This document shows, in pieces, positions 38,453-51,836 of a stretch of DNA of 64,000 nt. The translations under genes were made by a program, and so were the position numbers. The notes under the pieces are model-generated. The model was not told the DNA's origin and ran no database searches. It was given only the letters and a program-made list of their open reading frames with translations. The DNA is from Octopus bimaculoides (lineage: Eukaryota), in the NCBI RefSeq assembly GCF_001194135.2, contig NC_068983.1, positions 167,110,678 to 167,174,677 on the forward strand. Direction: 5' to 3'. Each line of letters begins with the position of its first letter. Position 1 is the stretch's first letter.

Positions 38453-39254
38453 GATATAGTGATGGGTTTTTTTGAATACAAGAGCACTAAATATGATACA
38501 CCCAATTTAAACATTTAAGATTTACAACGATCATTATTTATAACAGATGCGTGTTAAATATAAAATAGATAAGTACATCATCAACCAGCTTACCCAACAA
38601 AAACATCATACACCAACTTTGTGATGAGTTTTATTCTTGTTTTGTTCTTTTCATAAACTATTTATCTTTAAAACACTTCTGTGGAAACCACTCATTAATA
38701 ACAAACCTAATACAACTTTAAAGATGATGCTAGCAACAAATGTAATATATCGTTCTTAATGTATAAGTAACAGTTGTAAAACTTCAGGTTTCAAACTATT
38801 ACACAAACTACACAAACATCAAAACATTGCCTTTAAACAATGCATCTCAAATATTTTAACTATCACTCCCCTTTCTTACAGGTTAACATGCAGTTTAGGG
38901 GTTAAAAAAATGAAAGTGTATTGGCCGGAACTGATGACAGTGACATTCCATCATTTCATGTAATCAATCAATACTGAATTGACAAGAACACAATCACTAC
39001 TTCCCCAACAGTTATTTCTGTACAGTTCAATAGTCTTGCAGAATTATTACATTGCTCACGTGTAACTGTGGTGGCTATCATGCTTTGGACATGGAAGCCA
39101 CTAAATTGTTTTCTCAGTGTACCTCATCTGCTATTTCTGAAATATGATGACAAGGTACTATACGTGTAGGTGTTTGTGAACACTGATAATGAGGAAGGTC
39201 TGTTAATTCAATTAAAGGATTTCCCCAGTTCTCTTCATGAAACAATGGGATCAT

Positions 39255-39590
39255 CATCATCATCATCTAATGTCCGTTTTCCATGCTGGAATGGGTTGGA
39301 TGGTTTGACTGAGGGCTGGCAAGCCAGAAAGCTGCATCAGGCTCCAGTCTGATTTGGCAGTGTTTCTACAGCTGGATGTCCTTTCTAATGTCAACCACTT
39401 TGAGAGTGTAGTGGGTGCTTTTTACATGCCACCAGTACAGCAGCCAGTCAGGCGGGCCTGGCAGTGATCACGTTCGGATAGTGCTTTTCATGAACCACTG
39501 GCATGGAAGCCAGTTGGTGGGTACTGGCATCAGCCACGTTCAGATGGTGCTTTTTATGTGCCACCGGCATGAGAGCCAGTCAGACGGCAA
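39255..39590 (-). mobile_element. RTE 3'-UTR stub with ~3 tandem units
   Basis: Reverse complement of 37590-38000. Confidence 0.8.
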
Positions 39591-42500
39591 AAAAACTTAT
39601 TTCCAACAGGTTAATCACCATTAAAAGACTACCTGTACATAAGTCATTCCATCAATATATTATACTAGTGGGACCCATGAATATTTCATGGAATTAATGG
39701 TAAACTTATTGGGTTATTTCTGAAAACTTCATCCTAAAAACATGAAAGCATAACTTGTCTTTGTGTCTGTATCAAAAGATAGTTGCTCATCGGCTAATCA
39801 TTGAAAAGTGAAGGAAATTGGAATACGATGATTACCCAATGCACTTTATATTACATTATGCACAATTTTACAGCACTCACCCTCTTTCTCTCTCACTCTT
39901 CACCTTACCCTCTTTTTCTCTCTCCTTTTTCTTTTGCTCTTTGCCTAACCCCTCAACTAATCACATAAAAACGTTACAGATGGGCTAAGTAATGGAGGAA
40001 AAAAACTTAGATAAAAAAAATTACACATTTCACTCACCACCACCTCTCCCTTCATTCCTTTCCTCCTTCAACTAATTACACGAAAGCATTATGGACCGGC
40101 TAAGTAACAGAGGAACAAGCAGAATTAGGAGCTAATGCAGTTTCGCACCTCTCCTTGAAAAATGCATTTTTCAAGGACAGGTGCGAAACTTTATTAGCCC
40201 CCAGAATTATTATAAGATGGAATTTCAAAACAACCAATAAAACTGATTTCAAATTTTGGCACAAGGCCAACAATTTTATTTTNNNNNNNNNNNNNNNNNN
40301 NNNNNNNNNNNNNNNNNNNNNNNNNNNNNNNNNNNNNNNNNNNNNNNNNNNNNNNNNNNNNNNNNNNNNNNNNNNNNNNNNNNNNNNNNNNNNNNNNNNN
40401 NNNNNNNNNNNNNNNNNNNNNNNNNNNNNTATTCTTAAAATATATTTGTCAACTAAATGTGGCGGTCCTATAGAAGACGGTGTTACTGTTGTTTTTAGCC
40501 CCAGGAAGGCATTCATTTATATCTTTATACACATATCTATATGCTTATTGAATTTAAAAGTTTCAAAACATGGTTTCTTGCATATCCAGAATCTCTGTCA
40601 TCTAAAACACAGGGAGAAAAAATTTCGAAAAAGTTCAAAATTTTAAACAGGAGTGGGTAGTTGTAGTGGCTGGGGATGAGGGGGTTAATTTTTTTTTTTT
40701 TTTTTTGCATGTTCGTAATCTCCAACATCTAAAACGTAGGAATCTGAAAAAAGACTTTGCAAAAAAATGCATTTTTCAAGGACAGGTGCGAAACTTTATT
40801 AGCCCCCAGAATTATTATAAGATGGAATTTCAAAACAACCAATAAAACTGATTTCAAATTTTGGCACAAGGCCAACAATTTTATTTTATTGGTCCCCAAA
40901 AGGGGGAAAAGTAAAGCTGATCTTGGTGGAATTTGAACTCAGAACATAAAGATGGACAAAATGCTGTGAAGCGTCTTGCCTGGCATGCAAACCATTCTGC
41001 CAGTTTGCTGCCTAATTACAGCTAATAATATTACCAGATAATTCACAAAGAGAATGAAATTTGATATTACTTTTGAAAATTAAGACAATTGTTTATTTAT
41101 TGATGATACTCATTCTGACTCTTTTTGCATTCTGTGTTCAAATCATACTGTGGTTAACTTTGCCTTTCATCCTTCCTGAGCCAATGAATTATAAAATAGC
41201 TGCCAAGTACTGATGTTGATGATATCAACTAAACCCTTCTCTTTACAATTGCCAGCCTTATACTGAAATCAGAAAACTATTATTGCTGTTGTTATGATTG
41301 TGCCTAGCAAGCAGCTTATAGTACTACATTACTAGAGTGTTACTTGTCATATGACAGGTAACTTTGGAAGTCTACTTTTGCCACCATAGTTAGTATCAGA
41401 AAATATGGGATACATACAATAATTATAATTTAACTTTAATCAAATTCTTGGTGTTTATTATATGAAATAATGAAATGGATACTAATTTTTGAAAGAAGAA
41501 TATTCATTACATTAATATAAAATAAAACAAATTTCTCATTTGTATTTTTACAACAAATTATTATTTTCCTGAATTTTATCAACATAATCGCAATCCATAG
41601 CATAAAAAAAAAATCTACAAAATACAAAATTCATATAAAAGTTTTTTGATAAAGTTATATGACTCATTCTTCACCTTTTATGTTAATTCTCTCCGTGTTT
41701 CCCTTTTACTTTCTCTTTCTCCTTCTTTCTCTACAATGTAAAGTAAGACTGGAGAAATCAATCAACCAACCAATATATATATATATATATATATTGGCTA
41801 TCATTATTTTAAAGTTAACATTTAATTGGAAGTGATAAAAACTGCAAAATGCAACATCAATTGCCCCTACAACTACTTTGTCCCTAGTCCCATATAAAAT
41901 TTTCTACAAAATACTTTAGGGTGCAGAACTGCTCACTTTAAGAAGTACTGCCATAGAATAATAACCAGACATCTATGGATATAGAATAGGAAAGACAGAG
42001 ATTATGTTCATTTGCAACCCTGAAAGAATGTAATTCTGCAAGGCAGATCAAGAACTGCTTTTTGGTTCCTGGGGTACAGGGGTGGTTCCTTTCAAAATGC
42101 AAAGAGAGTTGAAGGGTTTATTTTTGGAAGGGTCATGTCAGGTATACATGGACTCCTTAGCTTTCTGAGAAGAGAAAGGGTCCATGTACTAAATGACTCC
42201 CACTACCTCCCCAACTTATAGACCCTACTGTAGCAGTTTGTGGAAGTTTAAAATAGCATAATAGGAGAACATTGGTAATTAGTTCTATTTTGGATAATAC
42301 TTCTATCTATCTTTCTGGGTTTTTCCTTAAAGTTTTTGACATGTTTTGGCAGGGTACAAGTTGTATATATAATTACACAGAATTGCTTTATATGTACAAC
42401 AAAATGTTAAAAATAGAGTTTGAGTGTGACAAGCAACATTAAAGATTTTACACTTTCATTGATGTATGTGGCAACTCGACTGGATTCTTTCCTTTTTTTT

Positions 42501-42609
42501 CATAATTACAGATGACTTAATACAAGCGCTTTCCAAACAGTATAGAAGAAAATGGAAACATGTGGTGGTGATGGTGGTGGTAGTAGTAGTAGTTCAGTTT
42601 GGCTGCCAC

Positions 42610-43310
42610 TTTTGAATTTCTTCAATTTTTGTTCCAATTTATTTCATATTTGATGTGTTGATATAGTTTTGTTTGGTAATCATTGACAGGAAATTCATTT
42701 TCGCCATAAATCAATAAAGAGTTTATAACTTTTAAAGTTTGCAAATCAAGGGTAATTTTAGCCAACTGAAAGCCATCAACGTATAGGTGCCTGTTTCCAT
42801 AGTAACAAGCCAACCTGTTACCAAGCTGCTTATCCACGTGGTAATTTTTCGCTTATTAAATGTTTAAAACACAAGAGGTGTGAGGTAGTCGTGAGATGTG
42901 CTAAATATGCTTGCTAAATAGGCCTTAAATCGTGCACCAAATTTTTTTAAATGGTTTTTGCATAATTGTATGAATTCCCTAGAATCCAAATTCGCAAACA
43001 TTTTCTGAAAATGCCAAAAAGTAAAAAAAAAAAGGTACGAGGGGTTATATGACGTGCATAAAGCAGAATTCCGCCAAGTTTCATTTGTTTAGAGTTGACA
43101 ACATGTGCAGTTATGCACAAAATAGCAGCTTTCAGATCCCGTTTTCCGATTGGCTAAAAATGACCAAACTTTAAACCTCTGTAACTTTAAAAAAAAAAAT
43201 ATTTTCTGGGAAAACTGAATTAGCCCCCAAGATTCAGCATGGAGAATTACATCAATATACTAAGTTTAAAATATTCACTAAACTTTAAAATTTCCACACG
43301 TGCAATTAAA
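42610..43310. mobile_element. Old foldback/MITE-like element with decayed inverted arms
   Basis: TTTAAAGTTTG..AATTTTAGCCAA (left) is mirrored by TTGGCTAAAAATGACCAAACTTTAAA (right); shares motifs with 53233-53606. Confidence 0.45.
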
Positions 43311-43415
43311 CAGAACAGATAGTAGTAGTAATAGTGCTGTTTATAATCACGAGATTGTTGTACCTATATTGTCTGTTACTTCTGAAACGTGAAGATAAAA
43401 AGATCTCTAACGATA

Positions 43416-43825
43416 GGCGCAGGCGTGGCTGTGTGGTAAGAAGTTTGCTTCCTAATTGCATGGTTCCGGTTTCAGTCCCACTGCATGGCACCTTGAGCAA
43501 GTGTCTTCTACTATTGCCTTGGGCCAACCAAAGCCTTGTGAATGGATTTAGTAGACGGAAACTGAAAGAAGCCCGTCGTATATATGTTTGTGCATATATT
43601 TATGTGTGTGTATCTTTATCTGTGTTTGTCTCCCGACCATTGCTTGACAACCGATGTTGGTATATTTATGTCCCTGTTACTTAGCGGTTCGGCTAAAGAG
43701 ACCGATAAAATAAGTACTAGGCTTACAAAGAATATCCTAGAGTTGATTTCTTCTACTAAAACTCTGTAAGGCGGTGCTCCTGCATGGCCGCAGTCAAACG
43801 ACTGAGACGTGTAAAAAGAATAATA
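43416..43825 (+). mobile_element. Best-preserved full-length tRNA-derived SINE (CORE-like CCTTGAGCAAGT block, TG-rich linker, GGCGGTGCTCC..CAGTCAA tail)
   Basis: A-box-like TGGCTGTGTGG, B-box-like GTTTCAGTCC; colinear with 26652-27048 and 46930-47310. Confidence 0.88.
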
Positions 43826-44138
43826 AAAAAACAATAACGGGGCTTGCAGTTTGATACAGTGTTCAATTAGAAAAACTTGCTTCCACAGTTTCTGTCTACC
43901 ATATTCACTCGCAGGTCATTGGTTGATCCAGAGCTGTACTTGTCCAACCAGAAGCCATATCGTTGCAAGGCATGTTTCTTAGCCACACAACCACGTCTGC
44001 TCCTGTGCGCGCGCGCGGAATGAGAATGTTTCGTCAAAAGTTGATTGTCAGTAGCGATCAGATAAAAAAAAACGAAACAGTAAGAAGCCTTGTCTTAAGA
44101 CAATTGCGTTGAAGAAAGAATTGGGAGGGAGAAAAAGT

Positions 44139-44170
<32 letters not shown>

Positions 44171-45499
44171 CAGAGTGGGAATCATAAAGGGAAAAGAAAT
44201 TTGTCAATTTGCACTCTTCATGTTTTATCATCTGCCCAAGTAGATAAGGAAGTTGTGAAAGTACATTGGCGCAAATGTTCATTGTTCAATAAAATTTGGT
44301 TAACAAGTCAGTCATTGTAGCCACAGACGTGAAGGCTAGCGTCATCAGTCTCTTTTCTGCTTTCTTGATGACAATGCTTATATCAAGGTTGAATTTGAAA
44401 CGAGTAGAGAAAATGGTAAATGGTTTGTTAATGATGTACCTTCCAAAGCCTTTACTGGTCAGTTTATTACTGACGTCATCAGTCAATCTGATGCATGTTC
44501 CAAAATCATCATTGGTCAATTTACTCCAAAACTATTAGTCTATCTGATACTTATTCCAAAACGTCCACTTTTCAGCTTTTTGCTGATGACACCGCGTCTG
44601 AAGTAATATTATATAATAATAATGAAATTGCTGTATACAGTGAACAGGTGTACTACAACTAAAAACATCGGTTGCTATTTATTGCAAATTTTATCAATTA
44701 CTAGAAATCAGGCGATATAGCCAATGTCCTCGCCGATTGAATCTTGTTCATTCTACTGGAGCGGCTGATGTTTGGTCGGTTCGATGAGGCAGCAGTAAGG
44801 TGGAAATTGGTGAGGTAGTAAGGTGCAAATTGCTTTCGATTCAAGCTGAGTCTTCTTTAGGCAGATGATAGTGACAGAAATTCTCTCTCTTTTTGATAAT
44901 AATATGGACGAAGCTCTTTGGTGTTCTATTGAAAACTTTGAAACGTCCCGCATATAGTAACTGAAGTGGAGCTCATATAGTATCACTCCTAACGAAAACG
45001 TGTTTATTGTTGAAGACCAGATGGACTGTACACTGTTATATTCTGAACAGAGACGAGCTGCAGATAGCAGAGTTGACATATACTTTCAGTTGATCGAATC
45101 ATGTTTGTGTTCGCACGCGCGCGTGCTTGTGTGTATATGTTTGTGTATATGTGTGCGTGTGAGTGTAGCGAATGATTGATAGACAGCTGCACCAATCCTA
45201 CGGTTGCTGACATATCGGACAAACTTAATTTTTGCGCTCTCACAAATATTTTATAAAATATTTGCAAGAACTAATACCTACAAATGTAGGAACAAAATGT
45301 TTATTACAAATATAAATTAAGTATTTATTTGAGTTATTATTTTCGTTTTCTCGATTGTTTCTAAGATTCCAAACACGTGATGTGACACCTTCCATGAATA
45401 TGACAACCTGGGCGACTGCTCGAGTTGCTACTACCTTCAGCCGGCCCCAATAGATAGATAGATGAATACATACATACAAACACACATACACATATCTAC

Positions 45500-45714
45500 A
45501 TAGGGCCGCCCCTGGTTTCTGTGGCGCATATATTCCCCATTGGACGAGATGCTGGTCCGTAGTAGGATTACTCATTTTTACCAGCTAAATGGACAGGAGC
45601 AACATGAAATGAAGTGTTTTGCTCAAGAACACAATACGCCGCCCTGTCCAGGAATCGAAACCACAATCTTACGATCATGAGTCTAACACCCTAACAGTTA
45701 AACCACACATCTTC
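45500..45714 (-). mobile_element. tRNA-derived SINE, third family
   Basis: TGTGGTTTAACTGTTAGGGTG..GGTTTCGATTCCTGG..TTGAGCAAAACACTTCATTTCATGTTGCTCC; relatives at ~14280-14555 and ~61673-61930. Confidence 0.75.
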
Positions 45715-46072
45715 AAACTGAGTATACATAGCGTTTAGAAAAAGAGAACTCGATACAATATATAGAGTAACATTTACTTCGAGAATCGGTAAAACCAATA
45801 AATTACGGTGACTGGTAGTTTCATTTCGTGAGTCTTCAGGCCACATAAAATATAATTTTGTAAAAAATGTGCCCTATCTCTTTTAGAACGACGTTGTTTT
45901 CCCCTTTGTGTCCACTTCTTATACCATCACTTGATGTTCTGTATTTAGTGCATTTTGTTGGTTAAAATTTATTTTCCATATTCGAGCCAATACAACTTTC
46001 ACTTCGACTGAAAAATCGCATGAAATCGCCAGACGTCAAAATACACCTCTTCCCACACATACATGTGTGTGC

Positions 46073-46105
<33 letters not shown>

Positions 46106-46929
46106 TGTATGCATGCATATATATGCATGTATGTATGCTTGTATTTGCATGTAAAGCACTGTGTACACATACATTTTTATGCGCTTTTATATACACATTC
46201 CCACACATTCTCGCACATAGAACGCGGAGAATAGATAGATATCAACCAATGACATAGTATGCACCCAAAGCAATACAGAGGGGCGGGTGGTGGTTGCGGT
46301 GTTGGGGTAGTGGTATGAGATAGAGAGAGAGGAGGGAGCCAGTGATGTAGGTTTTTCAAAAAGATGTGACAGCTGACAGACACTATTGTAATAGACGAGA
46401 TTCTCAATGCCAACAATGTGTTTAAAATGACTTCTATCTTGAAACGAGAAAAAAAATGGAATTATTTGCTGGATGCGTGCATACATACACACATACATAT
46501 ATATACACACACACATAATCTCATATAAAAACATATGCACACACACACACGTATGTACACATACAAGCATTTATGCACGCGCATACACACACACATGTAT
46601 GTGTATGTATATATCTGTGTCGAGTTGAAGGCATTCTTTTGATATTTTCCGTGATAGTACGCCCCCGTTGTCATCGACACTCTTATCATCATCGCCACCC
46701 CAGCCACCACCCTACTGACATAGTTTTCTTCGTCTTCTCCCGCCACCCCGTTTCCATCGTCGCTGTATTTCATCATGACTATTGCCATTTTCATCTCGTG
46801 ATTTCTTACTCTGAAAGCTTAAACTCAGTTCATCGGGCGATTGAATCTTCAACATCACCGTAACGTCAAGAATAATTGTATTTATTTGTATTTGTGTCAT
46901 ATTTAAGAATTTTCTTTTAGTATATTCTT

Positions 46930-47310
46930 CTGTCCTTTTACATGCTTTAATCATTGAACTGGACCATCCTGGGGTACCACCTTGAAGGGTTTAGTCGAAC
47001 AAATCAGCCGCCGTACTAAGTCCTTTTAAGTTCTATCGGTGTCTTTTGCCGAACCACTAATTTATGGGGACGCACAAAACAAACAAACAAACAAAACAGC
47101 ATTGGTTTTTAAACAGTGTGGAGGTAAACACTAAGACGTACTTCCTCCACAACACGCATGTACACGATGAGCTTCCGTCTATCAAATTCACTCACAAGAC
47201 ACTGGTCGATTCAGGGCTACAGTAGAAAACAGTTGGCTAATGTGCCATATAGAGGTGAACTCCGAATCATGTGATTGTGAAACAAACTTCTTAACCACAT
47301 AACCATACCT
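46930..47310 (-). mobile_element. Diverged full-length SINE (43416 family)
   Basis: Colinear reverse-complement homology. Confidence 0.75.
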
Positions 47311-47348
47311 CATAAAAGTCAATACATAATGGTATGAGGCTGACACCA

Positions 47349-47594
47349 TGTTGTGATGAGAGTTACGATGCCCCCTTGCGAGTAAAGTATAAATAGTAAC
47401 GATCTGAGTGAGTTAGAGTTTCAGAATTCGGAGTCGAGTGAAGTTCGTGTTAGTTCGCAGTGAAGTCGGAAGTTGTTGGTTGGTTAGTTCACAAGCAATA
47501 TTGATTATTGATTCATAAAGAGATTTGTTAGTTCGCTGCATTGTTTTTACTGTTGTCTGGTTATCTTATTGTACGTAACAATTACGTTACAACA
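47349..47594 (+). mobile_element. Solo LTR (~246 bp)
   Basis: Termini TGTTGTGA...TTACAACA, flanks CACCA/CACCG (5-bp TSD with one mismatch), TATAAATA at 47388-47395, no internal domain. An alternative right end is TCACAACA at 47600-47607. Confidence 0.65.
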
Positions 47595-47674
47595 CACCGT
47601 CACAACAACTAGACTCAGTGCTGCCTGGGTTATAAATGAATAAAAGATGCGATATCATATATAGATACGTACAC

Positions 47675-47767
<93 letters not shown>

Positions 47768-48050
47768 TAAAAACACAGAAAATATAATTGTTATTGTGTA
47801 AGCTGTATACAACATACTCGTGTTTCCATTAAACGATTGTCGCCATGGCGCAAGCTGATTGGCTGGTTGTGTAATCTATTTAGCTCACTTCCTCGGTATT
47901 ATCAGCAAAGTATACAATGCGTTGTTTGTTGCATGCCTTTCTATATTCCACCGTATTGGGGATACGCATGGATGGTTAAATTACCCGAATAAATTGTCTG
48001 GTGGAGTTGCTTCGCTAGTGATCTGCTATGATGTGATTTAACTGTTTCCC

Positions 48051-48101
<51 letters not shown>

Positions 48102-48373
48102 GTCTCTGTCTGTCTGTCTGTCTGCCTGCATGCCTGTCTGTCAGTCTGTAGGTATGTTAACGAAAAGTAAGAGTAGTGCAAACATTATCTGATACAGAAC
48201 GTAATATGTTGAGTAGACTGGATAGATACGTTTATTTTATCGAAAGTTGACTGTCAAGTTTTAACATATAAACATGAACACACACACACGCACGCACGCA
48301 CGCATACATACATACATACATACATACATACATACATACATACATACGTACACTGAAATAACATCTGCAACAG

Positions 48374-48960
48374 ATGGAAGAGACCAGTAACTATTTTGGC
48401 CACGTTTGTGACTACGAAACCAACGACATAATTAGAGTAACTAATGTACTTGAGGAGAGGTATGAAATAAGAGCTGACACAGATCTCTCCTCAAGGGGCA
48501 TAGGTAAAATCTATTTATCAGAACAAGAAAAAATGGACCAGTTCACTGAGAAGATAGTACATAGGTACCTGGCACGCAAAACACAAGCCACAGAAGGGAT
48601 TTGTCATGTCAAAAGTTTGGCATGGAGTACCGACAAATTTCTGACATCTCACTTTGAAGGCTACATCCATGCAATCCAAGCACGAAAGATCCCCACCATG
48701 TACCTACAGCACAAAAGGCAGAAAATATTGACAGACAACAATTTTAGGCTTTGCAAGATTTGGCTTGAAGACATCATCCACATTATTGCCAACTGTGAGA
48801 GAATGTCTTCCAGATATTATCTTCCTATGAGGTATAATACGATGGCCAAAATACTAACAAACGAAGTTGACTATATTGAGACCGATAGGTTAAAATCCTT
48901 AAAATCCTTAATTCATATGCTACAAATGATCACGATACGATTTACAAAGGATCATCTGGA
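48374..48960 (+). mobile_element. R4/NeSL-type fragment, same family as 35822-37140, with decayed CCHC knuckle and internal deletion of the endonuclease
   Basis: ORF 48374-48967: LTSHFEGYIHAIQ..DNNFRLCKIWLEDIIHIIANCERMSSRYYLPMRYNTMAKIL; DNA similarity to 36520-36720 and 37065-37085. Confidence 0.85.
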
Positions 48961-48986
48961 AGTATAAAAATCTGCAAGTCCTCCTT

Positions 48987-49110
48987 AAGGTTTAAAGGAC
49001 GATGGTTAAAACAAAATACTTTCCTTCAAAACGTTGCTACCATGTAGGTGGCCGGTTAAAATTTACTCTAACATTTAAAAGAGAAAGAAAACATGCCGTC
49101 CTTAAACCTT
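48987..49110. mobile_element. 124-bp MITE with ~15-bp TIRs
   Basis: AAGGTTTAAAGGACG...CGTCCTTAAACCTT; a related copy lies inverted at ~51718-51825. Confidence 0.55.
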
Positions 49111-49194
49111 TTTCTAGGTTTATGCCGATAGCGTTTCCCCTCTGCAAGCTCACCATAAAACAGTTGTTTCGGCATGCGTTCATCCGCCATTCAA

Positions 49195-50196
49195 ACAATA
49201 TGGCCACACCATCTCATTTGGTTCCTTAAAATCATAGCTTTAATTGAGGTGATGCCTGCAGATGCAAGGACATCTGTGTTTGGAGTAAAAGAACTCCATT
49301 TAATGTTTGAAATGTGATGAAGGCATTTTTGGTGAAATTGTTCTAACAATTTAAAATGCCTTTCATAACAAGTCGATGTTTCACAAGAATACAACAGGGA
49401 TAGTAAGACAAATGATTTATAAAGAGCCAGCTTTGTATTCTTATTTATAGGTCACTGGCACCAAACGCGTAACTCCAAGCCACCAAATGCTTTTGCTGCC
49501 CTTTGAATTCACAGCTGTATTTCTGTATCAAAATTTCTATCATTTTGAACAGAGCTTCCTAGGTAGATGAACGAATCGACAACCTCAAGTAACTTACCCT
49601 ATACAAACAACACCACACGCAGGTTGATGCATTTCAATTGTTTTTTTCAAGTTGATGGTCAAACCAAAATCATCACAAACTGAGTCAAATGCAGATACTA
49701 GAGATTGCAGACCTGTTTCAAAATGGCTGACAAGATCGCAGTCGTCAGCGTATAAAAGTTCCCTAATGAGGGAAGTAAAAACCTTCGTTTTGAATTTCAG
49801 TCTGGTCAGATTAAAAACATTCCCTGATGTTCGATATTTTATGTGAATACTCTCCTCGGAGTTTTGTAAAGCATGTGACAACACAACAGCAAAGTATATT
49901 GCAAAGAGGGTGGGTGCATCAAGGTCTCCTTGCTTTACTCCATTTTCCATAGCAAAAGATTCAGAGAGCCTACCACCAAAGTTAACTCTAGCTTTCATAT
50001 CTTGATGCAAAGCCCTGATCATGTTTACAAATTTTTCTGGGCAACCTATTTTCGTAAGAATTAGCCACAGAACACTTCGATTAACAGTATCGATTGCTTT
50101 GCTCAAATCAACAAAGCAATGGTATAGAGCAAGATTCGGTTCAATGCACTGCTTTTGTAATTGTCTGATAGTAAAGATACAATTAGCAACGGTCAT
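49195..50196 (-). mobile_element. RTE-BovB-like reverse transcriptase fragment, pseudogenised
   Basis: ORF 49594-50196: IFTIRQLQ..CFVDLSKAIDTVNR..GVKQGDLDAPTLFAIYF..LIRELLYADDCDLV; downstream LEQFHQKCL..ILRNQMRWCGHIV. Confidence 0.92.
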
Positions 50197-50391
50197 CCAA
50201 CAAAATATCTCTAAATATGTATATATCTTTTTTTTCTTATATGTACATATATAGGTATATTTTTACTTTTATAGATATATTATTTATATTTAATTCTTAT
50301 TCATACATCGTACCTTTATATATATATATATATATATATATATTTACTTTTATATAAATATTCATTTATATTTATTGCATATCTTTCACTT

Positions 50392-50430
<39 letters not shown>

Positions 50431-50869
50431 NNNNNNNNNNNNNNNNNNNNNNNNNNNNNNNNNNNNNNNNNNNNNNNNNNNNNNNNNNNNNNNNNNNNNN
50501 NNNNNNNNNNNNNNNNNNNNNNNNNNNNNNNNNNNNNNNNNNNNNNNNNNNNNNNNNNNNNNNNNNNNNNNNNNNNNNNNNNNNNNNNNNNNNNNNNNNN
50601 NNNNNNNNNNNNNNNNNNNNNNNNNNNNNNNNNNNNNNNNNNNNNNNNNNNNNNNNNNNNNNNNNNNNNNNNNNNNNNNNNNNNNNNNNNNNNNNNNNNN
50701 NNNNNNNNNNNNNNNNNNNNNNNNNNNNNNNNNNNNNNNNNNNNNNNNNNNNNNNNNNNNNNNNNNNNNNNNNNNNNNNNNNNNNNNNNNNNNNNNNNNN
50801 NNNNNNNNNNNATAACAATAGATTTCAACAATGCGGAAATTTTGTTCATCAAAGTAAGTACCATTACAA

Positions 50870-51330
50870 TCAATACATTTTTGTCAAAGAGTTATAATAT
50901 GCTTCTGTAGTAATGGTTTTTCCGGGTTTTAAGAAGTTATAAGGGATGAGTCCAACTGTACACCACCAGTCAACTGAAGAGTTCGGGTTTAGGGAAGGTT
51001 TTCGGTGCTTCATTTTGGTCCAACCACTGCGAAGACCGTTTTTTATTATTTTACAGAATCCACTTTTCATCACAAGTTACAATATGGTCGAGAAATGGAT
51101 GGGTCTGGTTACGAAGAAGAAGCGACGAGCAAATTTCATATCTGCGCATTTTCTGATTTTCATTCAAATCGTGTGGTACCCCTTTGTCGAGCTTTTTTGA
51201 TTTCCCAATCGCATACAAATGTTTGCAGGCAGTTTTCTGGCTAACTATTATTATCTCATATCTGATTAGTCTGTTATTACATAACATGCTTCACAATTTT
51301 AGCTTACATACCTTATTAGTATTTCCTCCT
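50870..51330 (-). mobile_element. Mariner transposase fragment, pseudogenised
   Basis: KKLDKGVPHDLNENQKMRRYEICSSLLLRN..FLDHIVTCDEKWIL*NNKKRSSQWLD..FLKPGKTITTEAYY (WVPHEL-like motif and first catalytic D). No TIRs recognised. Confidence 0.88.
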
Positions 51331-51599
51331 AAGTTCTATATACTTTGGGAACGTATTAAAGCCCTTTTCGGGGCTACTTTATTTGAATTCTTTCTATAGG
51401 GTAACTAATTTTCATGTTATTACTGACTTCACAATTTGGGTATTCATAACTTATTGGAAATTCCTAAAAACAAGATCCTGAGCAAGACAGTTCGGTTTTC
51501 TCTGTAAATGCACAAAAACCGTTTTAAGGGCTCCATACTTTGTATTGTTGTTATTGGATTAGCTAAACAATTATGAGAACGGAACCAAAGGATAAGCCC

Positions 51600-51633
51600 T
51601 GCTTTCCCGGGAATTGCCGGATACGTTAGCTAG
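51600..51633 (+). mobile_element. Helitron-type 3' terminus; 5' end not identified
   Basis: CCCGGGAATTGCCGG hairpin followed by ATACGTTAGCTAG|T. Confidence 0.55.
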
Positions 51634-51836
51634 TATGTATGTATGTATGTATGTATGTATGTATGTATGTATGTNNNNNNNNNNATGTATGTATGTATGT
51701 ATGTATGTATGTATGTATGTTCTCTTTCTCTTTTAAATTTTAGAGTAAATTTTGAGCGGCCACCTACATGGTAGCAAGGTTTTGAATGAAAGTATCTTGA
51801 TTTAACCATCATCCTTTAAGTCTTTATATATATATA

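Noticed and set aside
39118-39154. Possible 37-nt exon (VPHLLFLKYDDK)
   Set aside because: Contains CTGCTATTTCT, which recurs in repeat-like context (e.g. ~54484), and has a weak donor.
40158-40887. ~125-bp direct duplication (40158-40282 and ~40764-40887) either side of an N gap
   Set aside because: Apparently identical copies abutting a gap most likely reflect scaffolding or haplotype overlap rather than biology; long reads would decide.
45930-46010. EVKVVLARIW on the minus strand resembling a cytochrome P450 C-terminal helix
   Set aside because: No upstream FxxGxRxCxG heme motif and an in-frame stop just before it.
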